NCBI RefSeq assembly: GCF_009914755.1 | Contig: NC_060927.1 | Direction: 5' to 3' (one strand) | Source of the DNA: the human T2T-CHM13v2.0 reference genome, Homo sapiens | DNA: 64,000 nucleotides | Shown here: positions 1 to 14,166 of the stretch, one piece after another | Numbering within the stretch: the stretch's first letter is position 1 | Layout: each line of letters opens with the position of its first letter | Translations under genes and position numbers: made by a program | Notes under the pieces: model-generated | What the model saw: the letters and a program-made list of their open reading frames with translations, nothing else | Databases searched by the model: none | What the model was told of the DNA's origin: nothing

Positions 1-672
1 ACCACTCCCTGGCTACTGCCTGTTTACTCAAGGCCCTTAGGCTCTACAGTCAGTCGACGGCAAAGCCAGCCAGGCCTGTGTCCTTCCCTTCAGGCCAGGG
101 AGGTCCCCCAGGCCCCAGGTGGGTCGAGAGGTACCGTTCACAAACGGTCTAAAGTCTAAAACCTCAGAAGTCTACTTGGCATTCTGTTGTACTGAGGCTG
201 AGCTGCCACTCAAACCACAAGATGCAGTTCCTCCCACTCTAACCTTCCCTTTCCAAAGACGGGAGCCTCTCTTTTTAGCCACCACCACCCCAGGCCACAA
301 GGAGTACTGCCTGACTACTGTTGATGTTCCCTGAAGATCCAAGGGTTCTTAAGTCAGCTTGTGGTGAATGCTGCCTGGCCTGGGACTCACCCTTCAGGGC
401 AGTGGGCTCCCCTCTGACCCAGGGCAGGTCCAGAAATGCCATCCAGAAGTCAAGTCCTGGAGTCGGGGACCCCAGGAGCCTGCTTGGTGTTCTACCTTCC
501 TGTGACCATGCTGGTACCTGAATCCAGGAAGTCTCAGAGGCTGACTCAGGGCCCTCGGCATAGTACCTGGGTATCCAAGCTGTTTATTCAGGGCCCAAGG
601 GCTCTTCAGTTAGCAGGTATTGAATACTGCCAGGACTGGGTTCTTTTCTTCAAGGCAGCAGGTTCCCTTCTG

Positions 673-1250
<578 letters not shown>

Positions 1251-2100
1251 TCACAACAGTGAGCATTACCCTCTCCCACTGTGGCTGAGCTGGTATCCAA
1301 GATGCAAGACAAAGCCCTTCCCATTTTTTCCTCTCGTCTTCTCAAGCAGAAGGAAGGGGTCTCTTTTGGAGCCCCAGCTGTGCTTGCCAGCACTCACTTG
1401 GCTGCCACAGCTGGTGTCTCAGTATGTCATGTGAGCCCCCATTCCATTGTCTCTGGGCCTAGTTCAGCACTAGGACTTGCCTAATTGTCACAGTCCTTAT
1501 GGCCTAAACTGCCTTTCAAGTTCACTGAGAGTCACAGAGTGCTGTAGGCCTTGGTGGTGAGAACTCAAGTTCAGACTGCTGGGATAAGTGATTCCCTTCT
1601 GACTAGGGCTGATTTAAATGCTCCCTCCATGGATGGGTATCAGCTGAGTTTGGTCTTTTTTTTTCCTGCTCTAACAGGACAGCATTGAGTTCAGTGTGTC
1701 ACAATTGCTGTGTTTTCTTTCCCACAGTGCCCAGAGATGCTCTCTGCAACATGCCGCTGCTGTAGGAGACGGGGGTGGGTGGGGGGTGGCATCAGGGATT
1801 CAAGACTGTTTTTTCTATCTCTTTAGTGCCTCTTTTCAGCAATACGAAGATAAAACCAGGTACTGAGAGCTCACCTAAGTTTTGGTTCTTATGAAGGTGT
1901 TTTCTCTGTGTAGATAGTTGTTAAATTGGTGTCCTTGAAGAGGGTAGTGGGGAGGATGATCAGTGGAGTCTTCTATTCCATTATCTTAGTTGGCCTTGGG
2001 CCAATATATATATTTTAACATGCAAACAAGCTGTATTGGTCAGTGCAGAAAATTAAGTTGCAGAACAATATAAATAGTATAATGACACCTAGAAAATAAT

Positions 2101-2115
2101 GTATATGTGTGTGTG

Positions 2116-2150
<35 letters not shown>
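2101..2150. repeat. Compound (TG)n(TA)n(TG)n microsatellite
   Basis: Directly visible. Confidence 0.9.
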
Positions 2151-2259
2151 ATTTTATTGATATGTAGAAATAGTCCCAGAATCATGCACATTACACTTTC
2201 AACCATTGTTAGCTGTGGTAAAGGGAGGAGAGTTTGGAAGGGAGGAAGTAATAAGGCTA

Positions 2260-2618
<359 letters not shown>

Positions 2619-2792
2619 GGGAAAATTGGATACAATAATAAGTGTACATTGCAGAATATTTGGAAAACTTAAGAGACAGTAAAATGCATCAGTAATTTTA
2701 TCACTTAAAGGTGACTACTGTCATTCTATTTTGTATCCTTCTGGTTGGCTTTCTGTTCCAATATTAGCATATGACTGTAAAGGAACACTTAA

Positions 2793-3138
2793 AAGTGGTC
2801 TCCAACCTTTTTGGCACCCCAGACTAGTTTCATGGAAGACGATTTTTCCACAGACGGGTGGGGGGCTGGGGGGTAGGTGGGTGGTAGGTGGTTTCGGGAT
2901 GAAACCATTTCACCTCAGATCATCAGGCATTAGATTCTCATAAGGAGCACACAGCCTAGATCCTTCACATGCGCAGTTTACAATAAGGTTCACACTCCTA
3001 TGAGAATCCAGTGCTGTGACTGATCTGACAGGAGGAGGAGGCAGAGCTCAGCCAGTAATGCTCACTTGCCCTCCACTCACCTCCTGCCGTGCGCTGGATT
3101 CCTAACCAATCCATGGCCCTGGGGGTGGGGGATCCATG
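2793..3138. mobile_element. MER1B-type hAT (Charlie) non-autonomous DNA transposon
   Basis: Terminus ggtctccaacctttttggcacc, internal cctcagatcatcaggcattagattctcataaggag, other terminus gggggtgggggatccatg. Confidence 0.8.
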
Positions 3139-3464
3139 GTATATATGGTACCTATTTCATTTAACATTCTAAGTTGTGCTCCATTGAACATTGTCTTACC
3201 TAAATGATTGTGCACATCTAACCATTTCTAAAGATAAATTTTCAGAAGTGGGTTCATGGGAAGAAAAACACAAGAATGTTTGAAATTCTTTTGTATATAA
3301 TGCCAAAGTGCCTTCTAGAAAAGTTCATGTCCACATCCACCAGTAGTATTTCAGAGTGTCTATCTTACTGCATACTGCCAGGATCAGATATTCTATTAAT
3401 CTTTGTTAATTTGATGGATCAAAAAGACTTTGTGTTTTAATTTACATTTCTTTACGAGTAACAT

Positions 3465-3481
3465 AGAGAGAGAGAGAGAGA

Positions 3482-3529
<48 letters not shown>
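3465..3529. repeat. Compound (AG)n(TG)n(TA)n microsatellite
   Basis: Directly visible. Confidence 0.95.
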
Positions 3530-3577
3530 GCTTTTGTTCCAGGCCTAATATATATTTATTAGGCCTGGGACAAAAGC
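3530..3577. repeat. Inverted repeat: 21-bp arms, one mismatch, 6-nt loop
   Basis: gcttttgttccaggcctaata-tatatt-tattaggcctgggacaaaagc. Confidence 0.9.
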
Positions 3578-3910
3578 TTTAGTGAACCAAATTTAATAAA
3601 GCTTTGGCATAAATTGAAGGAAGGTCCAGTAATATACTGAGGCTGCTTTCAATAAAAACAGCAGAACATGTATGTTCAAATTAATGCTTGTCCCTTCAAA
3701 ATACTAATTAAAATCAACTCCATTGATGACACCATTGCTTAAGACATCTTGGGAATCTTGTGTTTGGTCTGACTTCTGAAGCACCTTTGGTTTCTTTAGG
3801 ATTTCCCTAGTGGTGGCATGACTCCACCTTTTGCTGATGGGCTCAGAATTTGGAAGTTTAAGAAATAAGATAACCCAAACTTAATAATGCCATTTTTTCT
3901 TTTCATTTTA

Positions 3911-4171
<261 letters not shown>

Positions 4172-4239
4172 CTATATTGGGCTCTGGGCTTACAATTACA
4201 GAAATTTTATAGTCTGTGCTCTCCAGTCTTTTTGGAGAG

Positions 4240-5770
4240 GTAGTGCCCACATTGAGCACTGAAAGACAAGTAGGGGGATATAAATCTAGATAAGGAGTCA
4301 GTCGGACAGAGTGGGGTGAAGGATGTTCAGACAGGGAAACACACATGCAAAAGAGGGAAGGTGGGACACAGCATATGCATCCAACATTTGGTAGGGCCGA
4401 GGCCCCACATGGGAGCAGTGAGAGGTTAGGGATCAAGGAAGTAGGCACCAGATCATGAAGGGTCTTGCTAAGACTTTATTCTGAAAGCTTCAGGGAGCCT
4501 TTTAAGGATTTCTAGTGGAGTTGTTTCATGATCAGATCTGAACTTAGAAAAACTGACATCTTATTTTTGGAGGACTCATAAGGGTAGGGCAGAAGTGAGG
4601 AAAAGAATTAAGCAGCCAGTAATCCAGGCAGCAAGAGGTCTGAGCCTGAGTTCAGTGGCCAGGGCAGGTAGAGAGAAGTGAACAGCAGGACAGCATCATT
4701 AAGGAGACTTGGATTGTATGTGGAGGGCAAAGCAGAGGGAGGGGTCTGAGTGGTGAGGGCCAAGTTTTGGAGGAAAGTGGATGATGCTGAGTTGAGTCAC
4801 CAGGATAGACAGTGTGGAGCCAGGGACAAGAGCGTGATGAAGGAGATGCTCAGGTTTGGTCATGCTGAATTTGAAATGGCTCTGGGACATTTAAGAAGAG
4901 GTGCCGTGTAGATAGTTGGATCAGAGCCTAGGATGTAGACAAAGTCTGGGAACATAGATTTGGGAGCTATGAACACATTCCCCAGGAGAAGTCACAAAAA
5001 TGTCCCAAGCAGCAGGAGCCTGGTATGGTGCTTGGGTTTCACCCTGATATGCCCTGTTCCTTTCAGGGTATTGCAGTTTCAGGTTGCTCCTGTCTCACAC
5101 CTAGATATTTTGGCTCTTAGCTTTGATCAGATATAGCTATCAATCCCTGCATCAGTGAACTCACAGGCCACAGCTAAAGATATGCTGTCATTGAAGACAG
5201 GTTTGCCCTCTAAATCTAAAAACCAAGTGAGCAATTAGAAATTGTTTAAGTGCCCATTAATAGGAAATAGAATAAATATATTGGGGAAAGTCCATATAAT
5301 TATTATAGCATAAATTGGATCATGTCATTCCCCCACTGAAAGCATGCTGGTGACTTTCTTTTTGCACCTGGAATACAATCCAGACACCTTAAGACCTTGC
5401 ATGATCTAACCGTGGCCTATCTCTTTTGGCTTCATCCCATGCCACCTTCCTTCATGCCAGGATCTTCTTTGACTCACTCAGTCACACACTTTCTCATCTC
5501 ATCCTTTGCTCATGGTGTCCCTTCTCTGTGAACCATCTTATCATTTAGTAGTAACTACTTCTCCTTCAGCTTTCAGCTTAAATGACCTCTCAGGAGAGGG
5601 TCCTTTGGATCCCTCCCCACTTCCCACTCCCCTACTCACCTGTGTTTTTACTTTATGATCTCAGTCTGTGATTTTTTTTTTTTTGCCTTTTGTCTGCCCT
5701 TCCGTGAGGTTAGGGATTGTAAGTATTATAACCCTAGTACCTGAAACATAGTAGGCACTAAATAAACTTT
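4240..5770. mobile_element. L2 LINE relics in both orientations
   Basis: Purine-rich L2-like sequence at ~4240-4980; opposite-orientation L2 3' end (atagtaggcactaaataaa) at ~5748-5767. Confidence 0.55.
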
Positions 5771-5809
5771 TTTTTTTAATGAATAATATTTTAGAAGGGG
5801 AAATATTTT

Positions 5810-6182
5810 TGTCTTAATTCAAGCTGCTGTAACAGAGTACCATAAACTGGGTGGTTTAAGGAACAGATATTTATTGCTCACAGTTGTGGAGGCTGGGCAG
5901 TCCAAGACCAAGATATAGGCAGAACCAGTGTTTGCTGAAGGCTGGTTTCCCGGTTTGCAGATGGCCACCTTCTCCCTATGTCCTCACATGGTGGAGAGAG
6001 AGCAGAGAGAAGAAGAAAGCTATCCTGTCTCTTCTTATAAGGGCACTAATCCCATTCATGAGGACTCTACTCTCATGACCTAATAACCTCCCAATATTAT
6101 CACATTGCCTCGTAATATTATCACACTGAGGTTAGGATTTCAACATGAATATGGGGGAGACACAAACATTTAGTCTGTAATA
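5810..6182 (-). mobile_element. MaLR solo LTR (MLT1A-type)
   Basis: gctgctgtaacagagtaccataaactgggtggtttaa...atttattgctcacagttgtggaggctgg...ggatttcaacatgaatatgggggagacacaaacatt. Confidence 0.85.
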
Positions 6183-6755
6183 ATTGATAAGTGAAAAAAG
6201 AAAAAAGACATACAAGCATAGAATGATCATTTCCAAAAAAGAAAAATTTCTGTACATATATGTGTGTATTTATATGTTCATATATAACATAGGAAAAAAA
6301 GAGAAAGTGTATGACCCAGTCTGTTTCCAACTACATCTGTGCAGTGGGAGTAGGTCAGGACCTTTTATGGCCTATTTTATTTACTTCTATATTATAGTAT
6401 TTATTTTTATAGTGGGTATGTTTATATTATTAAAAATAAATCCAATTAAAATTTCCAGTCCTTTTAACAATCACATTTGTTTTTATGGCAAATGACTCTA
6501 ATATGGGCATTTTTTTTTCCAGATTTTCCAGTTAATGAGATACTTGAGATGCAAAATTTGTTTTGATTTAGACCAGTGAATTAAGATTAGGTACTCATTA
6601 AACGACTGTGAAAGTCCTTTATAGATAATTTTGCTTTATAGATAATTTAGTGCTTCTAGTGAAACAAATTTAACTGATGGCCTTAGCTTGGCTATTGTTG
6701 AAGAATCCTTCACTGTTAGGCTCCCCTGCAAGACTTCCCTCTTCAGCACTTGTTT

Positions 6756-7801
<1,046 letters not shown>

Positions 7802-8141
7802 TCAGCACTTGTTTACTGGTCACATGCTTTACACAGCACTCTGCTTAGATTTTGCCTTTGAGGTTGGCCATCTCCCTTCAGCTGCTCTGATTTGGAAGAA
7901 GGGCGAGGGTTGCAGCTTTCCCTGAGATAGGGTGACCTTTTTTTCCCTTCTGTCTTCACATCCTAATCACACCACTTCTAACTGGATACGAATGTCTTAA
8001 CTGTGAAAAACTGTGAGTTCTCTGTCAGAAATGAATCTCTAGGGCTTCCCAAGTGGTAATTATTTCCTGTGAGAGTTCTGCTTTTGAAAGTGAGGTTTCT
8101 CTCCTTGACCTTTAACCCTCGTTACTCTTCTGTGTTCCCAG

Positions 8142-8231
8142 TTGGTTCGACTATGCAATGAGGGCGCCCGGAAGATGGAAAGGACTGAGATGATGTACAC
8201 AATTAACTCCCAGCTGGAATTTAAAATTAAG
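8142..8231 (+). CDS. ARHGEF26: ARHGEF26 internal coding exon (end of DH domain / DH-PH linker)
   Basis: Acceptor tcttctgtgttcccag|, donor AAG|gtattc. 90 nt, phase 0-0. Translates [30 protein letters not shown], with the ephexin/SGEF-type DH C-terminal CNEG..KMER motif. Confidence 0.93.
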
Positions 8232-9038
8232 GTATTCTCGTACCTTGTTCATTACTGTTCTTGCCTATGTTTTTCTCTAAATAGAGAGAGACAGTTGAGG
8301 GCAACAAAGTAGATAGGAAATTGCTTTTCAAAGAAGGGTCATAAATTGCTAAGAGGGAGTAGCAGATGCTTCAGGCAATTTTGCTTTTGCTTGTACCAGA
8401 CAGAGTGACCTTCCTCCAGGCCCTGAAGCCAGGCATTATCTAAGAAGCACTTTTTTTTTTCCAGGAAGACACCAAGCTTAGGGGAATAAATAAAATAATA
8501 GAATAGGGTAGTTAAAATAATAGAATTTTAGAATTGAAAGGAGATTCCTTCATTATTCTCAAAATGTTCTGAAAAACAGTAATATTCCATGAGCTGGACC
8601 AGTGTTCTCCTAAATTAAATAAGGACACTCCTTTTCTCGTTTACAAAACAGATCGTTAATGGATAATTTTTTTCAAGTTTGTTTTTCTCTCATAATTTTT
8701 TTGAATATGTGCTGCTTGTTATTCCTTGTCTGATACTGCTCTTGAGCAGATGACAAGATGAACAAAAAAGAAGAAAATGACAGCTAATGGCAAATCTAGG
8801 TCATGGCCATTCTTTTGTTGGCTCATGGCTGAGTTTTTAATGGGAAGTGAGTGCTCACGATTGTGACTCTATTGTTTTATAACTTGTAAATGTAATTAAA
8901 CAATTTTAAATGACTGGTCATATTTTTCCCTAGTAAAAGTGTTTCTATTTCATGCAGTCAAATTATAGTGATCAGCATTTCATGGTATTCTGTAAAGAGC
9001 AGATTCTCTGCCATGTCATGTAGTTTGAGGATTACTGC

Positions 9039-9071
9039 ATGCTTGCTTTGGCAGCATATATACTAGAATTG
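9039..9071 (+). pseudogene. U6 snRNA 5' fragment (tailless retropseudogene)
   Basis: atgcttgctttggcagcatatatactagaattg aligns to U6 nt 1-33 (GTGCTCGCTTCGGCAGCACATATACTAAAATTG) with five transitions; flanked by ttgaggat(t/c)actg direct repeats. Confidence 0.85.
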
Positions 9072-9082
9072 AGGATCACTGA

Positions 9083-9235
9083 TATAGTCCAGCTACACCC
9101 TTTTATTTTATGAATGAGGAAAAGAAACCCAGAGAATAATTGTCAGCAGAGTCACTTGGCTAGTGGTGATAAAATCAGGACTAAGGTCTAGATGTCCTGA
9201 CTTGCAGGTCAGTGTAAACTCTTCTACTGTAACAT
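9083..9235 (-). mobile_element. MIR fragment
   Basis: attttatgaatgaggaaaagaaacccagaga...gtcacttggctagtgg resembles the MIR core. Confidence 0.6.
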
Positions 9236-9566
9236 TCTGACTCTAATGGTTTAGATGCAGAAACACAAACTGTAAAAGGGAAGAAGATGGGTATTTGCCA
9301 AAAACCAGACACACATGCACACACATGCATGCACGCACACTTTAAATAGTTTTAATGTTCTTGTACAGAATTTTATAGCAATTAAAAAACCCATCTTTCT
9401 CCCAACTCTCAGAATCTCGTTCTCTCTAATTTGTTTCTAAATATTTTGGAAAGTATATCTGACAAGTTTGTTTTTTGTTTTTTAATTTCCTCCTTTTGAA
9501 AGATGAAAAATTCCCTAACCATTTTTCTTTTCCCTTCTTCACTGAAAGTCACTTGGTATAAGATTA

Positions 9567-10284
<718 letters not shown>

Positions 10285-11049
10285 TTAAAATATTTGCGAG
10301 CATAAAGTATGGATTTACAGTGGAGCACCTCATTTAGAACACTTAGAATTACTAATTATTACTAATTGGAAATACTCGTAAAATCTTAGGACCTTATAAT
10401 ACTATATGAATAACAGTGGACATTTCTATTTAATTTATTTTAATGATGATAAAATAGAGGTTCAATGAGGTTAAATGATTTATCCAAGTACATGGCAAGT
10501 ATTGTAAGAATAGAGCAGATTTACTGAGCATCTTCCATGTGGAAGGCAGTAGATAAAAACGTGATCATCCCTCCCCTCATAGTCTAGTAGAAGACTGCTG
10601 AAAATCAAAGGAGTCAGCAAAGTCTACAGCTGTCACAGTAGCTAGAAGACTATGGAAAATACTGGAAATGGAAGGGAGATGGACAACTCTAAGAGCAAGA
10701 GACAGAGAGGGCTGGGGGACTTGGAGCAGTCTGGCAAGGCTTAATGCCAGAGGTGTGTTTGACCTGAATCTTGAAAGGTGAGTTAAGAAGGGCCTTAGAG
10801 CAGAAACAAATGCACAGTTTCCACTCCTGTGGCCCAGGAATTGTAAGCATTCAGTGTGGGTAGACTTGGGGTGCAAGAGGAGCAGGGTGGAGCTACAGTA
10901 GCAGGCAAACACTCCTGCGGACAGCCCTGTGTACCAAGAGGAGGAGCTGAGTGAGGTCATTTGGGAGCCACCGAAAAGTTCTAAGCAGGGAAGTGAAGCA
11001 ATCAGATGTGTGTTTAGTAAAGACAACTTCAGCAATGGGGAAAGGCTTT

Positions 11050-12110
11050 TCCAACTTACTCCAAATCCAGAAGTCATTAAAAGAAAAAAGTCCTAATTAA
11101 TCTATATAAATTTTTAAAAAATTTCTCTATAGAGGGAAAAAGACCATGAAAAAAGTGAAAAGGCAAATAGCAAACTGGAGAAAAAAATAGTTGCAACTCA
11201 CATATAGACAAAGGGTAAATATCCCCGATGTATAAAATCAAAATGATAAGAGAAGACCCACTAGTCTACAAGCCAAGGAGCACCAAAGATTGCCAGCAAA
11301 CTACCAGAAGCTGGGGGAGAGGCCTGGAACAGATTATTCCCTAGCACCTTCTGAGAGCCTGGCCTTGCTGACACTTTCATCTTGGCCTGTCTTCCAAAAC
11401 TGTGAGACATAAATTCCTGTTGTGTAAAACAAAAAAAAAAAAACCACTAGAAAGTTGCAAATTAGAAAACTGCTACCAGAAAAGGAAATCCAAATGATGA
11501 CAAAGTTTTGAAGATGCTTTATTTCACTCAGAGGAAAATTGCTAATTGAAGATTAGCAGATAAAGATAATGAACTTCACCTTTTAGATTTATAAGTAATT
11601 CAAAAGTTTGATACCCCATTTTATTGATGGAATTGGAGAAAAAGGCATTTTTATATGTTGCTGGTGGGAAAGATTGTTTTACCCCAATGGTGTGCAATTT
11701 GGCAATAACTATCAAAATTACAAATGCAAGTTACTACAACTCAGCAATTTTACTTCTAAGAATTCTACAGATGTACTCATGAATGTATAAAATTAAACAC
11801 ACACTGAGCTATTATTATAGTGTTGTTTGTAATAGTGAAAGATGAGGAAAAACATCTAAATATCTATCAAAGAGGATTAATTAAATAAATTATAGTATAC
11901 GCAAATAATGTGATACCACTCAAAAGAATAAAGGAGAATTTTAGATACCTATATGGAAAGCTTTCTTATATATTATTAAATGAAAAAAGTAAGGTTTAGA
12001 TATAAAAAAATACAGTTTGCTTTTGCAGATGAAATATTTGGACAGATGCAGATGAAACTAGTTATTGGTCATTACCCGTGAGGGGCAGTGGTCAGGGAGT
12101 GGGCCTTGTC
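11050..12110 (+). mobile_element. Old L1M (L1ME/MC-like) 3' fragments
   Basis: A-rich degenerate ORF2-end and 3'UTR motifs (aaggcaaatagcaaactggagaaaa, gttgctggtggga, tgtttgtaatagtgaaaga). Confidence 0.6.
11265..11443 (+). mobile_element. MLT1 (MaLR) LTR fragment ending in poly(A)
   Basis: ctacaagccaaggagcaccaaagattgccagcaaactaccagaagc...aactgtgagacataaattcctgttg followed by A13. Confidence 0.75.
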
Positions 12111-13539
12111 GGGTTGACTGGGTGGAGAGCCACCCACTCACTCAGATAGGAAATTCAGGAGGAGGAACAAGTTTTGGGGGAAGGTAATGAGTTCTATTTT
12201 GGCCATATTTGGTTTATGGTATGGCCATAGGTGCTACTACTATGAGAATATTGGTTGCAAATTTACTAAGTAGTGCCATTTTCACATTTATCTGATTTAA
12301 TTCTCACATGAACCCTATAATGTACCCTTATTATTAACTTCACTTTATAGATGAAGAACCTGAAACTAGAGAGATTAAATTCTTTGCTCAAGGTTATACA
12401 CCAAGACGTTATAAAGTCTAGATTCAAATCTTTGACTCCAGAGTCCACATTCTTAACAATGACTGTATGATAATGATAATATGGATATTTTTCTAATTTG
12501 GAGGAAAGTAAATTTTGTAGGGCATGTGTGTGTGTTTTTCATTGTCATTTCACACGTTTTTTATTTTTAATTTTGCTTATGATTTTCTGGAAGACTGTCA
12601 AGTGCTAAACTGCAGTAATATGAGAGGAGATGGAAAGCATCCCTGGATTGGCACTTTGGAAGCTAGTGTAAAGTTAGAGCACAGGCTCCAGAACTGACCT
12701 GCCTGAGTTGCAGTAGAAGCTCCACCACTTACTAGCTGTACAACCTTGGGCATCACTTACCTTTTCATGTCTTGGTTTTCTGAACCCTAAAGTGAAGCTG
12801 ATGATAGTACTTTCCCTCATGGAATTATTTTGAAAATTAAATTATTTAAGAGATATAAAGGGTTTAAATAGACCTGATTTATAGTAAACAAGCAGCAAAC
12901 ATTGTTGATGTGTTTTATCAGAGTAGTTAAATAGATGTGGGTGCATTGAAGAGTGAGTGGGATGTGAAGCAGTTGAAGCAGATTAGACTTTTCATTCCAG
13001 AAGCTTGACTATCAAGAGGATAGGGCAGTGATGATAACTAGAGGATTCACAAAGTCAAGGGACCATTTTTTGTGAATAGTCTTCAGGATAGTTTGCAGAA
13101 AGGGAGCCAGGAGGGAGAGAATACTAATGAGAGGGGAATAAATCAAGGGAATAAGGCCTTAGAGCTGAAAACAGGGTGTTGAAGACAGGAGAGCTTATCC
13201 TCTGAGATGGGAGGAAAGAAAATGATGGTTGTAGAGAAAAAGCTGGTCACTAAACCAAGAAGATCGAAAACCAGAGATTAGTTTGTGTCTCAAATCCAGT
13301 GTTTTTTCTCCACTAGAAAACAGCTTTCTTTAAAAGTTGCCTCTACAGAGTTGGGAAGAATTTTGTTTTTTTGTCTTGCGATGGAAAGTTTGACCTTATG
13401 AATAAGCACATGGAGAAGTTGAGGTTTCTCAGGCTGCTTTAGGAGACATACATTCAGTGTGATTGAGTGGAGTGGTGGTATGTTAGTTGACAGAAGGCTT
13501 TGCTGGTTGCCATTTGGGGGCCTTGCTAACAATGGAAAT

Positions 13540-14166
13540 CCAAGAAAAATCTTTGTGCTGTAGAGGACAGTTTGTTAGTTTCCCAAAAATCTAAACATAA
13601 GAGTTACTACTATATGACCCAGCAGTTCCACTCCTAGGTATATACCCAAGAGAACCGAAAAGAGATGTTCAAAAACATATACACAAATCTTCATGGCAGC
13701 ATTATTCATAATAGCCAAGAAAGTGAAAATACCCCAAATCAACGGATGAATTGATAAACAAAATGTGATATATGCATATAGTAAAATATTTAGGCACAGA
13801 AAGGAATAAAGTTCTTATACATGCCTTGTGGATGAACCTTGGAAATGTTATGCTAGGTGAGAGAAACCAAATTCAAAGATCACATATTGTATAATTCCAT
13901 TTATATGACACATCCAGTATAGACAAATCCATAGAGTTAGAAAGTAGATTAGTGGTTGCCAGATGCTTGGGGGAGGAAGAGTGGCAGATGACTGCTCAAT
14001 GCATATGGGGTTTCCTTTTGAGGTAATGAAAATGCTCTGGAATTACATAATGTTGATTATTGAACAATATTATGAACATACTAGAAACCACTGTATTCTA
14101 CACCCTTTGAAGTGGTGAAATGGTGAATTTCATGTTATGTAAATTTTATCTCAACATTAAAAAAAT
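13540..14166 (+). mobile_element. L1MB-type 3' end
   Basis: tatgacccagcagttccactcctaggtatatacccaagaga...gaaagtagattagtggttgccag...aaattttatctcaa followed by an A-run. Confidence 0.85.

Noticed and set aside
10577-11077. 166-aa minus-strand ORF
   Set aside because: Ser/Leu-rich translation of degenerate L2-like sequence with no protein motif.
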